Assembly: GCF_009914755.1 (NCBI RefSeq)
Contig: NC_060930.1
Length of the DNA: 64,000 nucleotides
Direction: 5' to 3' (one strand)
DNA from: the human T2T-CHM13v2.0 reference genome, Homo sapiens
Part shown: positions 13,340-26,110 of the stretch, one piece after another
How positions within the stretch are numbered: the stretch's first letter is position 1
How the letters are laid out: each line of letters starts with the position of its first letter
The notes under the pieces: model-generated
Databases searched by the model: none
Seen by the model: the letters and a program-made list of their open reading frames with translations, nothing else
Told to the model about the DNA's origin: nothing
Translations under genes and position numbers: made by a program

Positions 13340-14420
13340 CCACCACACACATACACACACACACACATAGACATACATACATACACATATATACACAGAC
13401 ACACACACACACATAGACATACATACACATATATACACAGACACACACACACATATACATACATACACATATATACACATACACACACACATAGACATAC
13501 ATACATACACATATATACACACACATATATATACATACATACACATATATACACAGACACACACATACACACACAGAGACATACATACATACACATATAC
13601 ACATACACACACACATACACACACACATAGACATACATACATACACATATATACACAGACACACATACACACAGACATACATACATACACATATATACAC
13701 AGACACACACATACACACACATAGACATACATACATACACATATATACACAGACACACACATACACACAGACATACATACATACACATATATAGACACAC
13801 ACACATAGACATACATACATACACATATACATAGACATACACAGATACACACACAGACATACATACATACACATATATACAGACACACACACATAAACAC
13901 ACAGACATACATACACATATATACACAGACACAGACACACACATAGACATACATACATACACATATATACACGCACACAGACACACACACATATACATAC
14001 ATACACATATATACACAGACACACACACACAGACACACACAGACATACATACACATATATACAGACACACACACATACACACACACATAGACATACATAC
14101 ATACACATATATACACAGACACACACATACACACACATAGACATACACACATACACACACAGACATACATACATACACATATATAGTCACACACACATAG
14201 ACATACATACACATATATACATAGACACACACACACATACATACACATATATACAGACACACACATACACACACAGACATACATACACATATATACACAG
14301 ACACACACACACATAGACATACATACACATATATACACATACACGCACACACAGATACACTGAAATAAACACACACACACCACACAGATACACACACACA
14401 CCCCCACCACACCACACACA
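13340..14420. repeat. ~1.1-kb CA/CATA minisatellite (~40-46 bp unit, e.g. ACACAGACACACACATACACACAGACATACATACATACACATATAT)
   Basis: Directly visible; near-continuous alternating purine-pyrimidine. Confidence 0.97.
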
Positions 14421-14672
14421 CTCCTCAACTCTGACCTCAGATGCCTCAGGCCCTTCCCTTGTGCCCCACAGGAAACAACGACAGGACCTAGGTGACTCCC
14501 CTGGAGGGGTAGCGGGGCATGTAGGGGAGGGGTGGGGGATACTGCAGGAACCACAAACCCTCACTAAACAAGACAGGACGCTCTGGCCTAAATGAGCAGC
14601 TGCAACTGTGCCTGTGACGGCAGCAGCTTTGGGCTCACACAACCCGGCTCCTCAGCAGGTGACTCTGCAGCC

Positions 14673-16245
14673 GTGGCTCATGCTTACCCAGAGCCATCGT
14701 GTGCCTGGCACCTCGCCTTCCCACAGCTCTGGGAGACAGGCTTCACTGGCCCCCTCACAGGGGAGGTAGCAAGGTTTGCAGGTGGGTGGGTGGCGTCCCA
14801 GAGCCTCACAGGAATCCTGGCACCAAGTAGGTGTTTGACACATTCCTGTAGATGGAGCTAGCTCGGAAGTGGTGGGGCTGGGACTTGAACCCAGATGTCT
14901 TTGGTTGTCCAAAAAAGTCTTCAGCACCCTGAACTGCCCCTCCTCCATTTAGCCGCTGACCTGCCTCCTTCCCCACTGTCCTGCAACCCAGGCCCTGCCC
15001 CCATTGTCTGGCCAGGCCCAACCAGGGATTAAGGACTCCCTGTCTGCAGGTCTAGAACAGGAAGGTGGCAGTGGAGAGAAAGGGGTAGGAAAATCCCCTC
15101 TCATGGGTGGGCAGGAACCCCAGGACCAGGCAGGGGCACTGCAGTTCTGGGAGGAAGCAAGACATGCATTTCTGAGAGCTGTTGTAGGAGACAAATTCCA
15201 GACACATGGCAGTGACAGTAGCAACAGTTTGAAGATGTCCTAATTGTGTCCCGGGGCACAGTGAGGCAGAGATGCATTTGGCTCTGCCATGGGTGACAGT
15301 CAGCTGGGGAACCATCCAGGGAGGATTTTCTCTGTCAAAACCCCGAAGCGTGGTTACTACGGCGACTGCAGCCTTTGTCTGCAGGTTGTAAATTGTAATT
15401 GAAATGAGTTTTCAAGGTTGAAATAATCAGAGTCCTTCTCGTCTCCCCCCTCACTTCTCCACAACTCACCAGCCCAGCCACAATCCTCCAGTTCTAGCAC
15501 TGGTACACACGTGCGTGCACACACATTGCTGAAGCAGCTCCCTCACGCCAGGGTAGACAAAATCCACCACACAGACACTCACAGGTATTCACATCTGCAT
15601 GCATAGAGTAGCAAATACACAAACCTTCATGCATTTACACATGTCTACACACACATGCATGCTCTAACACAGATGTACATATAAATGCTTCTAATATAGC
15701 TACAGCTACACATTTAACACGACACTAATACAAACACATGGGCATTCAGATTCACCCACTGGCTTAGGCTGAGAAGTCCCCAAGCAGATGCTGAGGAGGA
15801 GTTGAGAGCAAGGGTTTTATTGGTGGGTGATGCCCGGAAGCATGAGGAGGGGACAGGGAGGTGAGGTGGGGGAGGAAAGTCAACTAATGCCAGCCTGTGG
15901 GGTTCCGTCCTGCTGGGGACCTCCAGGAGACCCTGCAAACTACACCTCAGCATTGTCCCATCCACAGGGATAAATGCTCCAGCTCCGCCAGTCCTAGGCT
16001 GAGGGCTGCTCTCAGGGGCATGAGCCCCATTGGTGCACACAGGGATGGTGAGTGCTGAGGGGTACGGCTGGGGCAGCGATAGCATCTGCTAAACATGCAC
16101 TCATTCACATGTGCAGTCAAGCATCGATCCATGTCTACACCACACACCTACACAGATATAAACCTGCATTTACACAGCCTGTCTCCCAGAGCTGTGGGAA
16201 GGTGAGGTGCCAGGCACACGAAGGCTCTGGGTGAGCATGAGCCAC
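14673..16245. repeat. 70-bp inverted repeat: arms 14673-14742 and 16176-16245
   Basis: Hand alignment of the reverse complement gives 67/70 identity, no gaps; 1433-bp spacer. Confidence 0.95.
15760..16090 (-). mobile_element. Degenerate ERVL-type LTR (LTR16/LTR33-like)
   Basis: CTTAGGCT..CAAGCAGATGCTGAG..GAGCAAGGGTTTTATTGG..GTGATGCCCGGAAGCA pattern; family uncertain. Confidence 0.45.
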
Positions 16246-17973
16246 AAATATACACCTACACCCGTTTTTGTCTCTTAAGCAAACTTCCAGGGAGTAGGGA
16301 GTAAAACAAGGGGGTCCCAGAACCCCATCAGAGGGCTGTCTGGTGTCATGGACCAAACAAACACACATGGCTCTGACTCTTGGCTGGGCCATGGCCCAGC
16401 TATACACTCTAGGCCAAGTATGGGAGTGTTCTAGTGCCTCAGTCTCCCAAGTGTGAATTCCGGATAGTAAGACTTACTTCGAGGGGCCACTGGGAGGACT
16501 GAGGGAGATGCAACACCATGTCTTGTGCACAGAAGTCCTCTCTCAGCCTCAGCTCTCCTTTCCTCCCTGACACGCCCCTGCTGGATGACACCCCACCCCT
16601 GGAGGCCTCCCCTCCATCCTGTCTGCAGCCTGGCTGGCACTGGCTCTAGTGCTGATTCTCCCCACTCCTTCCCCACCAACATGCGATGGGCGAGGGATGC
16701 CCACCGCATAGACAGACCCAGACCTAGCCCAACATATGGATGGGGTGGAGAAAGCTGCCACTCTGTGCTTCCTCAGACATTCAGTTCCTTCTGTCCCTCA
16801 AGTCCTGTTCCCGAGTCCAGGCTCACCATCCCACAAGCCCCCAAATTCCCAGAAGTCACCAGCCAGGATCTCCCTGGCCCAGAGTCACACGCTTGCTTTT
16901 CAGCCCTATACCGCAGTTTTGCCGGCCCCCTCCTCTCGAATTTTCATCCTCATCAAGTCGCCTGCCTTCCAGTCTGGGAATTTCTAACCCACTTGGCTGG
17001 GTCTCCTCCATCCCTAGCTCTGTCCCCCACAACTCAGCCTTGGCCCAACACCAACTCCTTCCAGTCCCAGTGAATGATGCATCCAGGTGTTTCGAGGGCT
17101 TAGTGGTTGGGCCAAAAGGGATCCCCATCTCAGTGATAAGGAAACTGAGGCCTGAGGAGGTGAAGCAGCTTACCCAGTGGGAGTCGATTCTTGACTCCCT
17201 CTCAAGTGTTCTTTTACAAGCTCCAAGAGCTCTGTGGTAGCATCGCCTGGGGCTCTTCAACCTTGAGCCAGCCACAGGCTCCTTTTGAAGGAAACCATTC
17301 TTGCAAACCCTCAAGAATATGACCCCAGCAAAAAAACACTAAGGAGAGAAGCTGAGAGTTTGGCTATGACAGTGAAGCCCAACTGTAAATGACCACAGCA
17401 GCAGAGAAGCCGTGTCTCTCAGACTGGGAGAGCTCACTTGGGGATGGCCATCAACATGAGAATGCAGACTTTAAGAATCCTCACGGCACTCCTGTGTCCC
17501 TGCGAATCTGGCCTCAAGAATGTGTCCTCAGATGTCCACAGACCTAGCTTTGAGAAACAGGATTCGAGCCCCAGGGTCTGGTGGGGCCAGCTGGAAACCC
17601 CCACTCAGCCCCTTGCTGGGCCTGGCAAGTCACTTAGCATCTATGAGCTTCAGGCCCCTCGTCTGTGAAGTAAAGCTGGCACCTGGGACTAGGCAAGGAG
17701 AGTCACACCTGGCGCCTGCACAGCCCCGTGCCCAAGAAGGATCAGCTCTCGACTCCTGCCTGGTTCTGAGGCCAACACACCTCGGCTGAGGAGCTGGGGC
17801 TCAGCTCTCCCACACAGGAGGGGCTGGGGCTGGGGGTGGGGGAACTCTGGGGACTGACTCTCAGGCAAATGTGGATGAGCCGCCCCTGCTAACAACTCCC
17901 AACGCAGACATCCCTCTCCCCCATTATTCAGCAGCCTCCCTTCAAGGAGCATCTAGCTTTCCACCTTACTAGG

Positions 17974-18351
17974 TGACAAGGTTTGGCTCTGTGTCCCCAC
18001 CCCAAATCTCACCTCGAATCATAATCCCCACATGTCAGGGAAGGGACTTGGTGGGAGGTGATTGGATCATGGGGGTGGATTTCCCCCATGCTGTTTTCAT
18101 GATAGTGAGTTCTCAAGAGATCTGAGGGTTTAAAAGTGTGGCACTTCCCCTCTCGCCTTCTCTCTCCTGTTCCACCATGGTAAGCCGTGCTTGCTTCCTC
18201 TTCGCCTTCCACCATGATTGTAAGTTTCCTGAGGCCTCCCAGTCGCGCTTCCTGTACAGCCTGCAGAACTGTGAGCCAATTAAACCTCCTGTCTTCATAA
18301 ATTACCCAGTCTAAGGTAGTTCTTTATAGCAGCGTGAGAACAACTAACACA
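17974..18351 (+). mobile_element. Solo ERVL-MaLR LTR (THE1D/MSTA-type)
   Basis: TG...CA termini, 5-bp TSD CTAGG (17969-17973 and 18352-18356), GGTTTGGCTCTGTGTCCCCACC start, AATTAAACC..AATTACCCAGTC..TCTTTATAGCAG end. Confidence 0.93.
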
Positions 18352-18399
18352 CTAGGTCTTTCTCTTTAAGGTAGAAATATGAGGTCATTTCTCCGATTT

Positions 18400-19647
18400 A
18401 AGCAAACAAACAAATCCCCTCTCTTGACCCACCCCTCCCCAGCTAGCATCCCCTTTCTCTGTTCCTGCTTACAATGTAGCTCCTCATAAGAGGTGCCTCT
18501 GCTCACTGTCATCAGTTTCTCTCCTCTGTCTCCTGACCAACTCCAGTCTGGCTTTTGCACCCACCTCTCTAAGGAGACTGCTTTTGTGGAGGTCACAATC
18601 GCCCCCCAGGTGGCTAAATACAATGGCCCCGTCCAGCCCTTGTCTCACTTGGCCCCTGGACAGCATGTGATGGAGACAGTCACTCCCTCCTCCAGTCCTC
18701 TCTTTATCGCCGCCGGGACACCACGCTCTGGGCCCTGCTGCCTCCCAGGCTGCCCCTTCTCAGCTTCCATGCTGGCCCCCTTCTCTCTGCCCCCAACACT
18801 CCAGCATCCAGGGCTCACTGGGACCTCTTCTCTAGCCACACACACTCCTTGGTGCTCCCAGCCAGCCCCATCTGTACTCTGCCACCTCCCTAGTCACATG
18901 GCCACTCCAGCCTCTCCCTGACTCCAGCGCCTACTCCACAAGGCCACGTGGGTCCCAGCAGGCATCCCACTCTCCACATGGTCTCCACCAAAGCCCTGCC
19001 TTCCTTCCCAGCCTGCTCCTCCTCCCGCCCACCCCATCGTAGTGCGTGGCCATTTCATCCATCTCCTTGTTCCAGCAGAGAATGCTGAAGCCATCCTTGA
19101 CTTTCTGTCATCTCTCTCTCACCTTCAATCCTTCCATAAACACCACGGCCACACTGCAAAGTTTACAAAGAATCTGACCCCTTCGCACCACCTCCATGAC
19201 CACCACCCGCCCCAGGCCCATCATCCCCACCTGGATTACAGCACCAGCCTCCTAACTGGTCTCCCACTCTGCCCTCGCTCCCAGAGAGGAGTGAGCAGTT
19301 AGTGGCCCAGTGATCTCATTAGGACATAAATCAGGTAACGTCAATCCTCTTTCAAACCCTGCAATGGCTTGTCCCATTCTGCATAAAAAACTAAATCCTT
19401 ACAAACTGCCCACAAGGCCCACATGATCTGCACTACCTGCCCGTTGCTCCCCCATGACCCTATCTCCTGCCTGTTGCTCTCTCTGCTTCAGCCACACTGG
19501 CCTCCTCATTGCTCCCCCAGGCTTGCCAGGCATGAGCCCACCCCAGGGCCTTTGCACTTGCTGAGCGCTGTGCCTGGTGTGCCCTTTCCTAGGTCTCCAC
19601 ATGGCTCTCTCTCTCACGGCCTTCAGGTGTTTGCTCCAGGATCACCC
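18400..19647 (+). mobile_element. L2 LINE 3' region (interrupted by the MSTB LTR)
   Basis: CAGCCACACTGGCCTCCT..CAGGGCCTTTGCACTTGCT..CACATGGCT..CTTCAGGT is typical of the L2 3' end. Confidence 0.75.
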
Positions 19648-20028
19648 TGAAATCGTTAGGATGTTTGTCCCCTCCAAATCTCATGTCAAAATGTGATCCC
19701 CAGTGTTGAAGGTGGGGCCTGGTGGGATGTGTTTGAATCATGGGGGCGGATTCCTCATGAGTGGCTGGACGCCGTCCTCATGGTAATGAGTGAGTTCTCA
19801 CTCTATTAGTTACAAGATTTGATTGTTAAAAAGAGCCTGGCTCCTCCTCCTCTCTTTCCCGTCTCCCTCCCACCATGACGGGAAGCCTCCTGAAGCCCTC
19901 ACCAGAAGCAGATGCAGGTGCCACGCTTCTCGCACAATCTGCAGAAACGTGAGCCAAATAAGCCTCTTTTCTTTATGAATTACCCAGCCTCAGGTATTCC
20001 TTTATAGCAGTGCAAACAGACTAGCACA
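19648..20028 (+). mobile_element. Solo ERVL-MaLR LTR (MSTB-type)
   Basis: GATGTTTGTCCCCTCCAAATCTCATG start, GAAGCAGATGC, AATTACCCAGCCTCAGGTATTCCTTTATAGCA end; TSD CACCC/CACCT. Confidence 0.9.
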
Positions 20029-20559
20029 CACCTTCTCACTGAGAACTTCTGACTTAAAAGTGCAGCATTCCTGTCCTCCCAGCACTCCCAGTTTCCTCCA
20101 AGAGGCCTCCAGGCTCTGCCTTCTCCACCCTCACAGTTAGGCCTTTTCTGGAGCCACAGCACTGACTGCCAGGCCACGCCACCATCCACTATACCTTGTC
20201 TGCAAGGCCACTCGCAGGACGGCTCCCCAGGGCAGGTCTGTCCCCCTCACTGAGCCCAACACAGAGCTGGCTGGGCACACAGTCAGGCTCTTCGTCTATG
20301 CTGTTGGTTTCTCAGTTGATGAGTGGGAAGCAGCACTGAGTGAAGGGCCAATGGTTTGAACAACTGTGAGTTCCTCTAATGGAGGCACGGCCTGGCACAT
20401 AAAGGGTGCTTCCAAATGTTGGCCTTTCTTACTTGCCCAAGGAGGGAGGCTTCCTCAGGTTCTCTTCAGGATGCAGAGGTGGGAAGACCTTTCACCGGCA
20501 GGGTGGAGAAGCCAGGAGGGGCCTGGGGCTGGGATAGCACCTGGTCTAAGCAAAATGTC

Positions 20560-20750
20560 TCTGGAGCCAAATGGTCGGATTCAAACCCTAACTCTGTGTG
20601 ACTCTGGGCAAGTCCCTAACCTCTCTGTGCTTCAGTTGCCTCATCTGTAATGTGGGTTGCTCCAAAAATTAAATGCAAAATACTGGAACAGAGCTTGACA
20701 ATTAATAAATGCTATATAAATATTAGCTGTGATTATGTTTTCACTATTAT
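20560..20750 (+). mobile_element. MIR SINE
   Basis: TTCAAACCC..TGTGTGACTCTGGGCAAGT..CTAACCTCTCTGTGCTTCAGTT..CTCATCTGTAA. Confidence 0.75.
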
Positions 20751-23049
20751 TGTTGTCACTGCTGGTAGCACAGGCTGGGTGACTGGCATCTCCCCACACA
20801 CCCCCAGCCACCATGCAGCTGCCCTCCCTCTCTGAGCTCCCAGCCCCTGTGTGCAGCAGGCAGTAAATTTTTCCTATCTCCTTATAAACCAGGCCTTCCT
20901 CCGCTCAGCCGTCACCTGGCTGGCAGCACTGTCAAAAAGACGGATGCCACATCTGCCTTGTTTACGACTTTAATTCCCAAACCCTGTTCTTTGGGCTCCC
21001 AGGGAGGGCCTGGGAGGAAAGGAGGAGGCAGGCGCTATCTTCCCGTAGGCTTGACAGCTGCAGAGATGCCCCTCTTGGTGACCCCAGCTCACTGAGGTTG
21101 GGGGGATCCACAGGCCATCTGCAAGTGCTTCCTGCAGATAAGCTCCCATCACTTCCTTGGAAGCCATGAGGGAGGTAGCACTCTGCTGGGGATGGAGCTC
21201 TTGGGAGAATGGGAGGGGATAATATAATTCCCATTGCACAGGTGAGGAAATCGAGGCCCCCAGAGGTGAGGTAACCTGCCCAAGGCCACGTGGCTGGGAA
21301 GTGGCAGCACCAGCATTCACACCCAGGTCTGCAGGACTCTAATAGCCGTATGCTTGAGAAAGAATGAGTGCTCCACCATACATCCAACCCTGACCCCTTC
21401 AGCACACACCAGTCCAGCCTCCAGCTGCCAGCATGTGCCACCCTTCTGAGGCTTTCTTGGGCACAGGAGCCCTCTCTGCCCAGGCACTTGGCAGGCTGGA
21501 GGTGCCAAGGAATTAATGGCCTCTCGGAGCATCCCTCCACCAATGCCTGATGGGGCACACACACACCCCGGCTCCCTCTCGCTCTCTGTGTGATGACTGA
21601 GAGGTCTGTTCCTCTGTCCCAAGAGGATTAAGCTCCAATTGTTCACAGTGGCAACCAGCTTGATCTCACACCCTTCATCTCTGCTTTCTCTCTTCTTTCC
21701 TGGAATCCCCTCCTAAATCAGCTACTTGCTATCAAATCCTCTTCTTGGGGGAACTCCACTTCAGACAGCATTGAAGGATGAATGAAATCTTCCCAAGTGT
21801 AAGATCCCAGGATAAGGGTCCTTCCCACCCTCTTGGACGGTCACCAGGCCCATCCATCACCTGGGGTGGGAAGGAATGGATTTGGCAAAGGACCCAGGAG
21901 TGGCACTTGCTCTCCGTGAGACCTTGAGCAGGGCAGGCCTGTGGGACTGAAACAGAGGCCGACTATGGAATGTGAGCACCCGAGAGAACAGAGTGAGCTG
22001 ATCCTAAAGAAGTGAGGGGGAAGCTAGACTCTGGAGACAGACTGGGGGCAGGTGGAGAATAGGTCTCGGAGACCACAGAGCATGCCTGGGCTGGCTGAGG
22101 GCAAGAGAGAGGGGCCCTGGAGGAGTGAGAGGGAAGGAGGGGAAGGGCAGGGGTGGGCACTGGCTTGACAGCCAGGCTGCCTGGGTGTGAATCAGCTCTG
22201 ACAACTCTCTAGCTCTGTGATAGTCACAAGTTGCCTCAGTTTCCTCTTCTGTAAAATGGGAGTTGCATCTGTGACCATCTATACTACCCACCTTCAGGAT
22301 GGCACATTCTTTCCTCCGGGATTTTACAGCAGACAGACAGAATTGGTACCAACAGACTTGGACTATTAGATTACCCAATTGCCTGTCTAAATCCCAACTC
22401 TCCCACTTCCTCTCTGTATCAGCAATAACAATCATTTTATCAGCACCTATCATACACATCATTCTCAGCCAGCCTCCTCACACGCTTTATCTCTAAACCT
22501 CACAGCTCACTGAGATAGCTGTTGCCTTCCCTGATCTACTGACAGCAGCTGAGACTCAGAGAAGTTAGATAACTTGTCCAAGGTCACACAGCAGGGAGGA
22601 GGCAGAGCCAGACTCAGACCCAGGGGTGGGTCCTTCCCCTGCCCCTGCTCCCAGCTCTCTGTGGGTGTCACTCCAGCCCTCCTGGCCTAAGGCCTTCTCC
22701 TGTGGGACAGGCTCAGCTCAGGGGCAGGACCATGGGGAAACCAGAGCTGCCTGCCCCTCCCCCCAGGGTCTCAGGTCCCACAAACATTCCCAGCAGCCCC
22801 CTCACCCGCCCCTCACCTCACCCAGAGATAGACAGAGAGGCTCACAGCGCCTGGCCTGGGGCCACACAGGGACTCTGACCTGTCTCTGCTGGGGCTCCCA
22901 GTGCAGCAGGAAGGATTCGGGTCAGCTGAGACATACCGCGTCTAGAGCCCCTGCCCTTTTGCTCATGCCTCCTCACCTGTTTAGGGCGCACGCCTGATTT
23001 AGGGCACCCTCCTGATTTAGGAGGGGCGTCACCCACCCTTCCCTCCAAG

Positions 23050-23375
23050 CCAGAGGCTCGCAAACTTTGCTGCATAGTAGAACCACCTGGGGCACTTCAA
23101 AAAATCCTGACGCTCAGGTTGCATCCAGTGCAAATTAAACCGGAATGTCTAGGGTAACCGTATTTTTAAAAGATCCCCAGGTGATTCATTGTGAACAAAG
23201 CTTGGAAACCACTGCTCCAGCCCTAAACACACATTAAAATCACCTAGGGAGCTTTGTAAAAATCCACGGCCTAGGCCCCACCCCTAAGGTTCTGATCTAG
23301 TTGGTCTGGGGGTGGCGCCCTGGTATGGTGTTAAAAGCTCCCAGGTGACTCTAACGCACCTCCAGGCTTTACAGC
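23050..23375. mobile_element. Two adjacent MER5-family DNA transposon fragments
   Basis: AACCACCTGGGG..AAAAATCCTGACGC..CCCCAGGTGATTC..GGAAACCACTG, followed by AATCACCTAGGGAGCTTT..GGCCCCACCCC..AGCTCCCAGGTGACTCTAA. Confidence 0.7.
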
Positions 23376-23531
23376 TGCCACTTACAGATCAGGAAGTGCC
23401 TCCATTAACGCTTCACTTCCTTCTGGAGACACCCTCTGGGCTGGCTCATCAATCCCGTTGCTCAGATGAGAAAGCAAAGGCCCAGAAAGGTTGTAGAGCT
23501 TGCCTCAGGCTCATGGGAAAGCTCTGTGCTC

Positions 23532-23835
23532 TTTTTTTTTTTTTTTTTTTGAGACAGAATATCACTCTGTTGCCCAGGCTGGAGTGCACTGGCACAATCT
23601 CGGCTCACTGCAACCTCCACTTCCCCAGGCTCAAGCAATTCTCGTACCTCGGCCCCCCGAGTAGCTGGGATTACAGGTGCCCACCACTAAACCCGGCTAA
23701 TTTTTGTATTTTTAGTAGAGACGGGGTTTCAGCATGTTGACCAAGCTGGTCTTGAACTCCTGACCTCAGATGAACTCCGTCCGCCTCGGCCCCCCAAAGT
23801 GCTGGGATTACAGGCATGTGCCACCACGCCCAGCC
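23532..23835 (-). mobile_element. Full-length AluS with 14-bp TSD
   Basis: Poly(T) followed by reverse Alu; AGCTCTGTGCTCTT on both sides. Confidence 0.96.
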
Positions 23836-24791
23836 GAGCTCTGTGCTCTTCTGAACCCTGCTCCAGTCCTCCTTCCCCACCTGAGCTGACAATCAGACCA
23901 AACGCCTCCCTTAGGACTGCTGGAGAGTTTCTTGAATCCTGCCCCAAGGACTAGGAGTCTGGACAGAGCCTACAGGAACTGACCAAAGCCTTCTCCCCTC
24001 CTGTCCCTCTCAAAGAGAAGATTCCAGAAAGCCCTTCCCCTTGACAACCCAGACCCCTCGACAGCCTAGGCACTGGGTCCAGGAGGCACCAGCTGTCCAT
24101 CTTGCCACCGCTTCCAGTCTTCCCACCCCATCCCCACCTCATCCATCCCCACCCTCACCCCTGATCTGATCTAGGTCTGCTGATCTAAATCAGGGTGCCC
24201 ATACAATTTTCCATCCCGCCTGGGCACTTCCAAGAACCGAAGGGGATGCTCTCAATAATTACACCAGAACACGGGAGACAGGATGCACGGTCACCCCACC
24301 CATGAGGGCTCAGCCTCCACACCCAGGCATCTTTGCACTTCTCACACCTCTATTGTGATTACTGCCTGATGCAGGCATTTGCTGAGCAGCCTCGGGCAAG
24401 TCACTTGGTCTCTCTGACTCTCCATATCCTCGTCTAGAGTGCAGGAATCTTAAGAGTTCCTAGAGTTGCTGTGAGAGTGAAATGTCTTTCACATTTTAAA
24501 GATGATGTCTTTAAAGTGTCTGAACACAGTGGATACATAGTAAACAGCAATGTTTATGTTTAGCTCACCCAGGAATACATAAGCCCCACATAAGACACAG
24601 GCACACACATCCCTTCTCTCTCAGGAACACCAGCTCACACACATGCAAAGTCATGTGCCACAGGTGTATACACAAACACTGCCACACTGGGCACACTCAC
24701 ACACTAGCACTCACTCTGCAGATCAGGTGGGTTTGGCTGTGAGCTTCTCTGGGTCCCCAGTGGTCCAGTGGCTGCAAGTCCCCGTGGGCTC

Positions 24792-24810
24792 TGGCCACCA
24801 GAGGGCAGCA
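24792..24810 (+). promoter_or_regulatory. Strong CTCF motif TGGCCACCAGAGGGCAGCA
   Basis: Perfect match to the core consensus CCASYAGRKGGCRS with the TGG 5' flank; occupancy not shown. Confidence 0.65.
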
Positions 24811-25649
24811 TGCTCCCCACCCACCCTCATCACACTCACTTCTCCCCTGGCTCTGGAGGAGCTAAGACTCCATGCAGCGCGTCCCCCGCCCTTTGCCCAA
24901 ACTGCACGATCAAGTCTGAGAGAATACAGGAGATAACTCATCATCCTCGATTAGGCACCACTCAGGCTGAGAGGCACCAGAGCACCCCAATGTTATTGAG
25001 TCTGGGTCCTGCCGCAGAGCCACCCAGACCCAGGGCGCGCAAAGACCCCTGTCCGGATGTATCTGAAGTGGACACGCCATGATGGCTACCTAGGGGGCGG
25101 GGGCCCTAGGGCTCAGACCCAGGAGCAAGTCATGCTCTACCGCCCTCTATCTATGGGAATTCAAGTCCCTCTACTCACCTCCTCTAAGCCTCGGTTCTCC
25201 CATCTGTAAAATGGCCCGATCACTGCCCCTCCCCTGTGCGGCCTATCCCTCTCATGTGAGGGCTCAGATGTCACCTGCGCAAGCAGGCCGTCCCTGGCCA
25301 CTTCACAGTTGCAGTTTCCCTTCCCCTCACACTTTCCGTTCTTTTTATTGTCTGTTTTGTTTCTTCTGCACATTTCTGTTCTGACATATTCTATCATTCA
25401 CTCGTCTTGTTGATCGTCTGTCTCCCCATTAGAATAAAAACTCCAAGCGCCATTGGACTCTTTCTTCACTGCTATATATCCACCATGCTTAGAACAGGGC
25501 AAGGCACGGCCTAGGAGCCAAACTGGTGCTTGCTGAGTGACTGAGGGAACCCTGGAGGTTAGAGGTAGTTTCTGGAAAGTGCCCAGCCTGGTGTGCATCA
25601 AGACTGGATACAGGTTAGGAGGGGTCAGTTCAGTGCTGTGGGCTGGCCC

Positions 25650-26110
25650 TAGGGCCGTCCACATCAACCCCGAGGCGGCCAGAGGCCTTACCACTCCCAA
25701 GGATCTCAAGGCCACACCCCAAATCTGCTGTGGCCCCGCCCCTCAAGGCCCCGCCCCAGACCTCCCAACTCCACCCCAGGTGCAGGCCCAACTGCACGTC
25801 CTGCCACGGCCGGCCGACGACAGACAAAGGGAGACTCTCGGCCTCAGGCCCCCAGGCTCGGCCCTCCCCGGCTCCTCCTAGAGCCCGCCCGGCCCTGCCC
25901 GGCCCGCGTGCTCACTGGTGCACTTCTTGACGTGGCTGCCCTTCTTGAGGGCGTGGCGGCTCAGCTTGCAGTGGAAGTTGTCCTCCCAGAACTCGGCAAA
26001 CCAGATGTTGCGCCGGTTGTTGTCCAGCGTGCGGCTGGAGAAGTAGCGGTCGAAGCCTGGCAGGGAACCAGGACGTCAGGGCCTCACTGGCCTTCTTCCC
26101 CACCAGCCCC
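25650..26110. promoter_or_regulatory. Intragenic CpG-rich patch over exon 6 and its donor, with two GGCCCCGCCC GC-boxes
   Basis: CpG density is far above the flanks and extends ~250 bp into the intron; GC boxes at ~25732 and ~25748. Confidence 0.6.
25916..26056 (-). CDS. GRM4: mGluR4 coding exon (exon 6, 141 nt)
   Basis: Acceptor ctgccag|GC TTC, donor ACC A|gtgagc; [47 protein letters not shown]. Missing from the ORF track in this frame; translated by hand; phase 1 to 1. Confidence 0.96.

Noticed and set aside
13112-14554. 480/380/312-aa Val/Cys/Tyr/Met ORFs on the minus strand
   Set aside because: Translation of the TG/TATG minisatellite; artefact.
14920-14940. REST/RE1-like site TTCAGCACCCTGAACTGCCCC
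   Set aside because: Left half is perfect but the GGACAG right half has two mismatches; not supportable without ChIP data.
22975-23030. Three ~17-bp CCTGATTTAGG units
   Set aside because: Small degenerate slippage duplication with no evidence of function.
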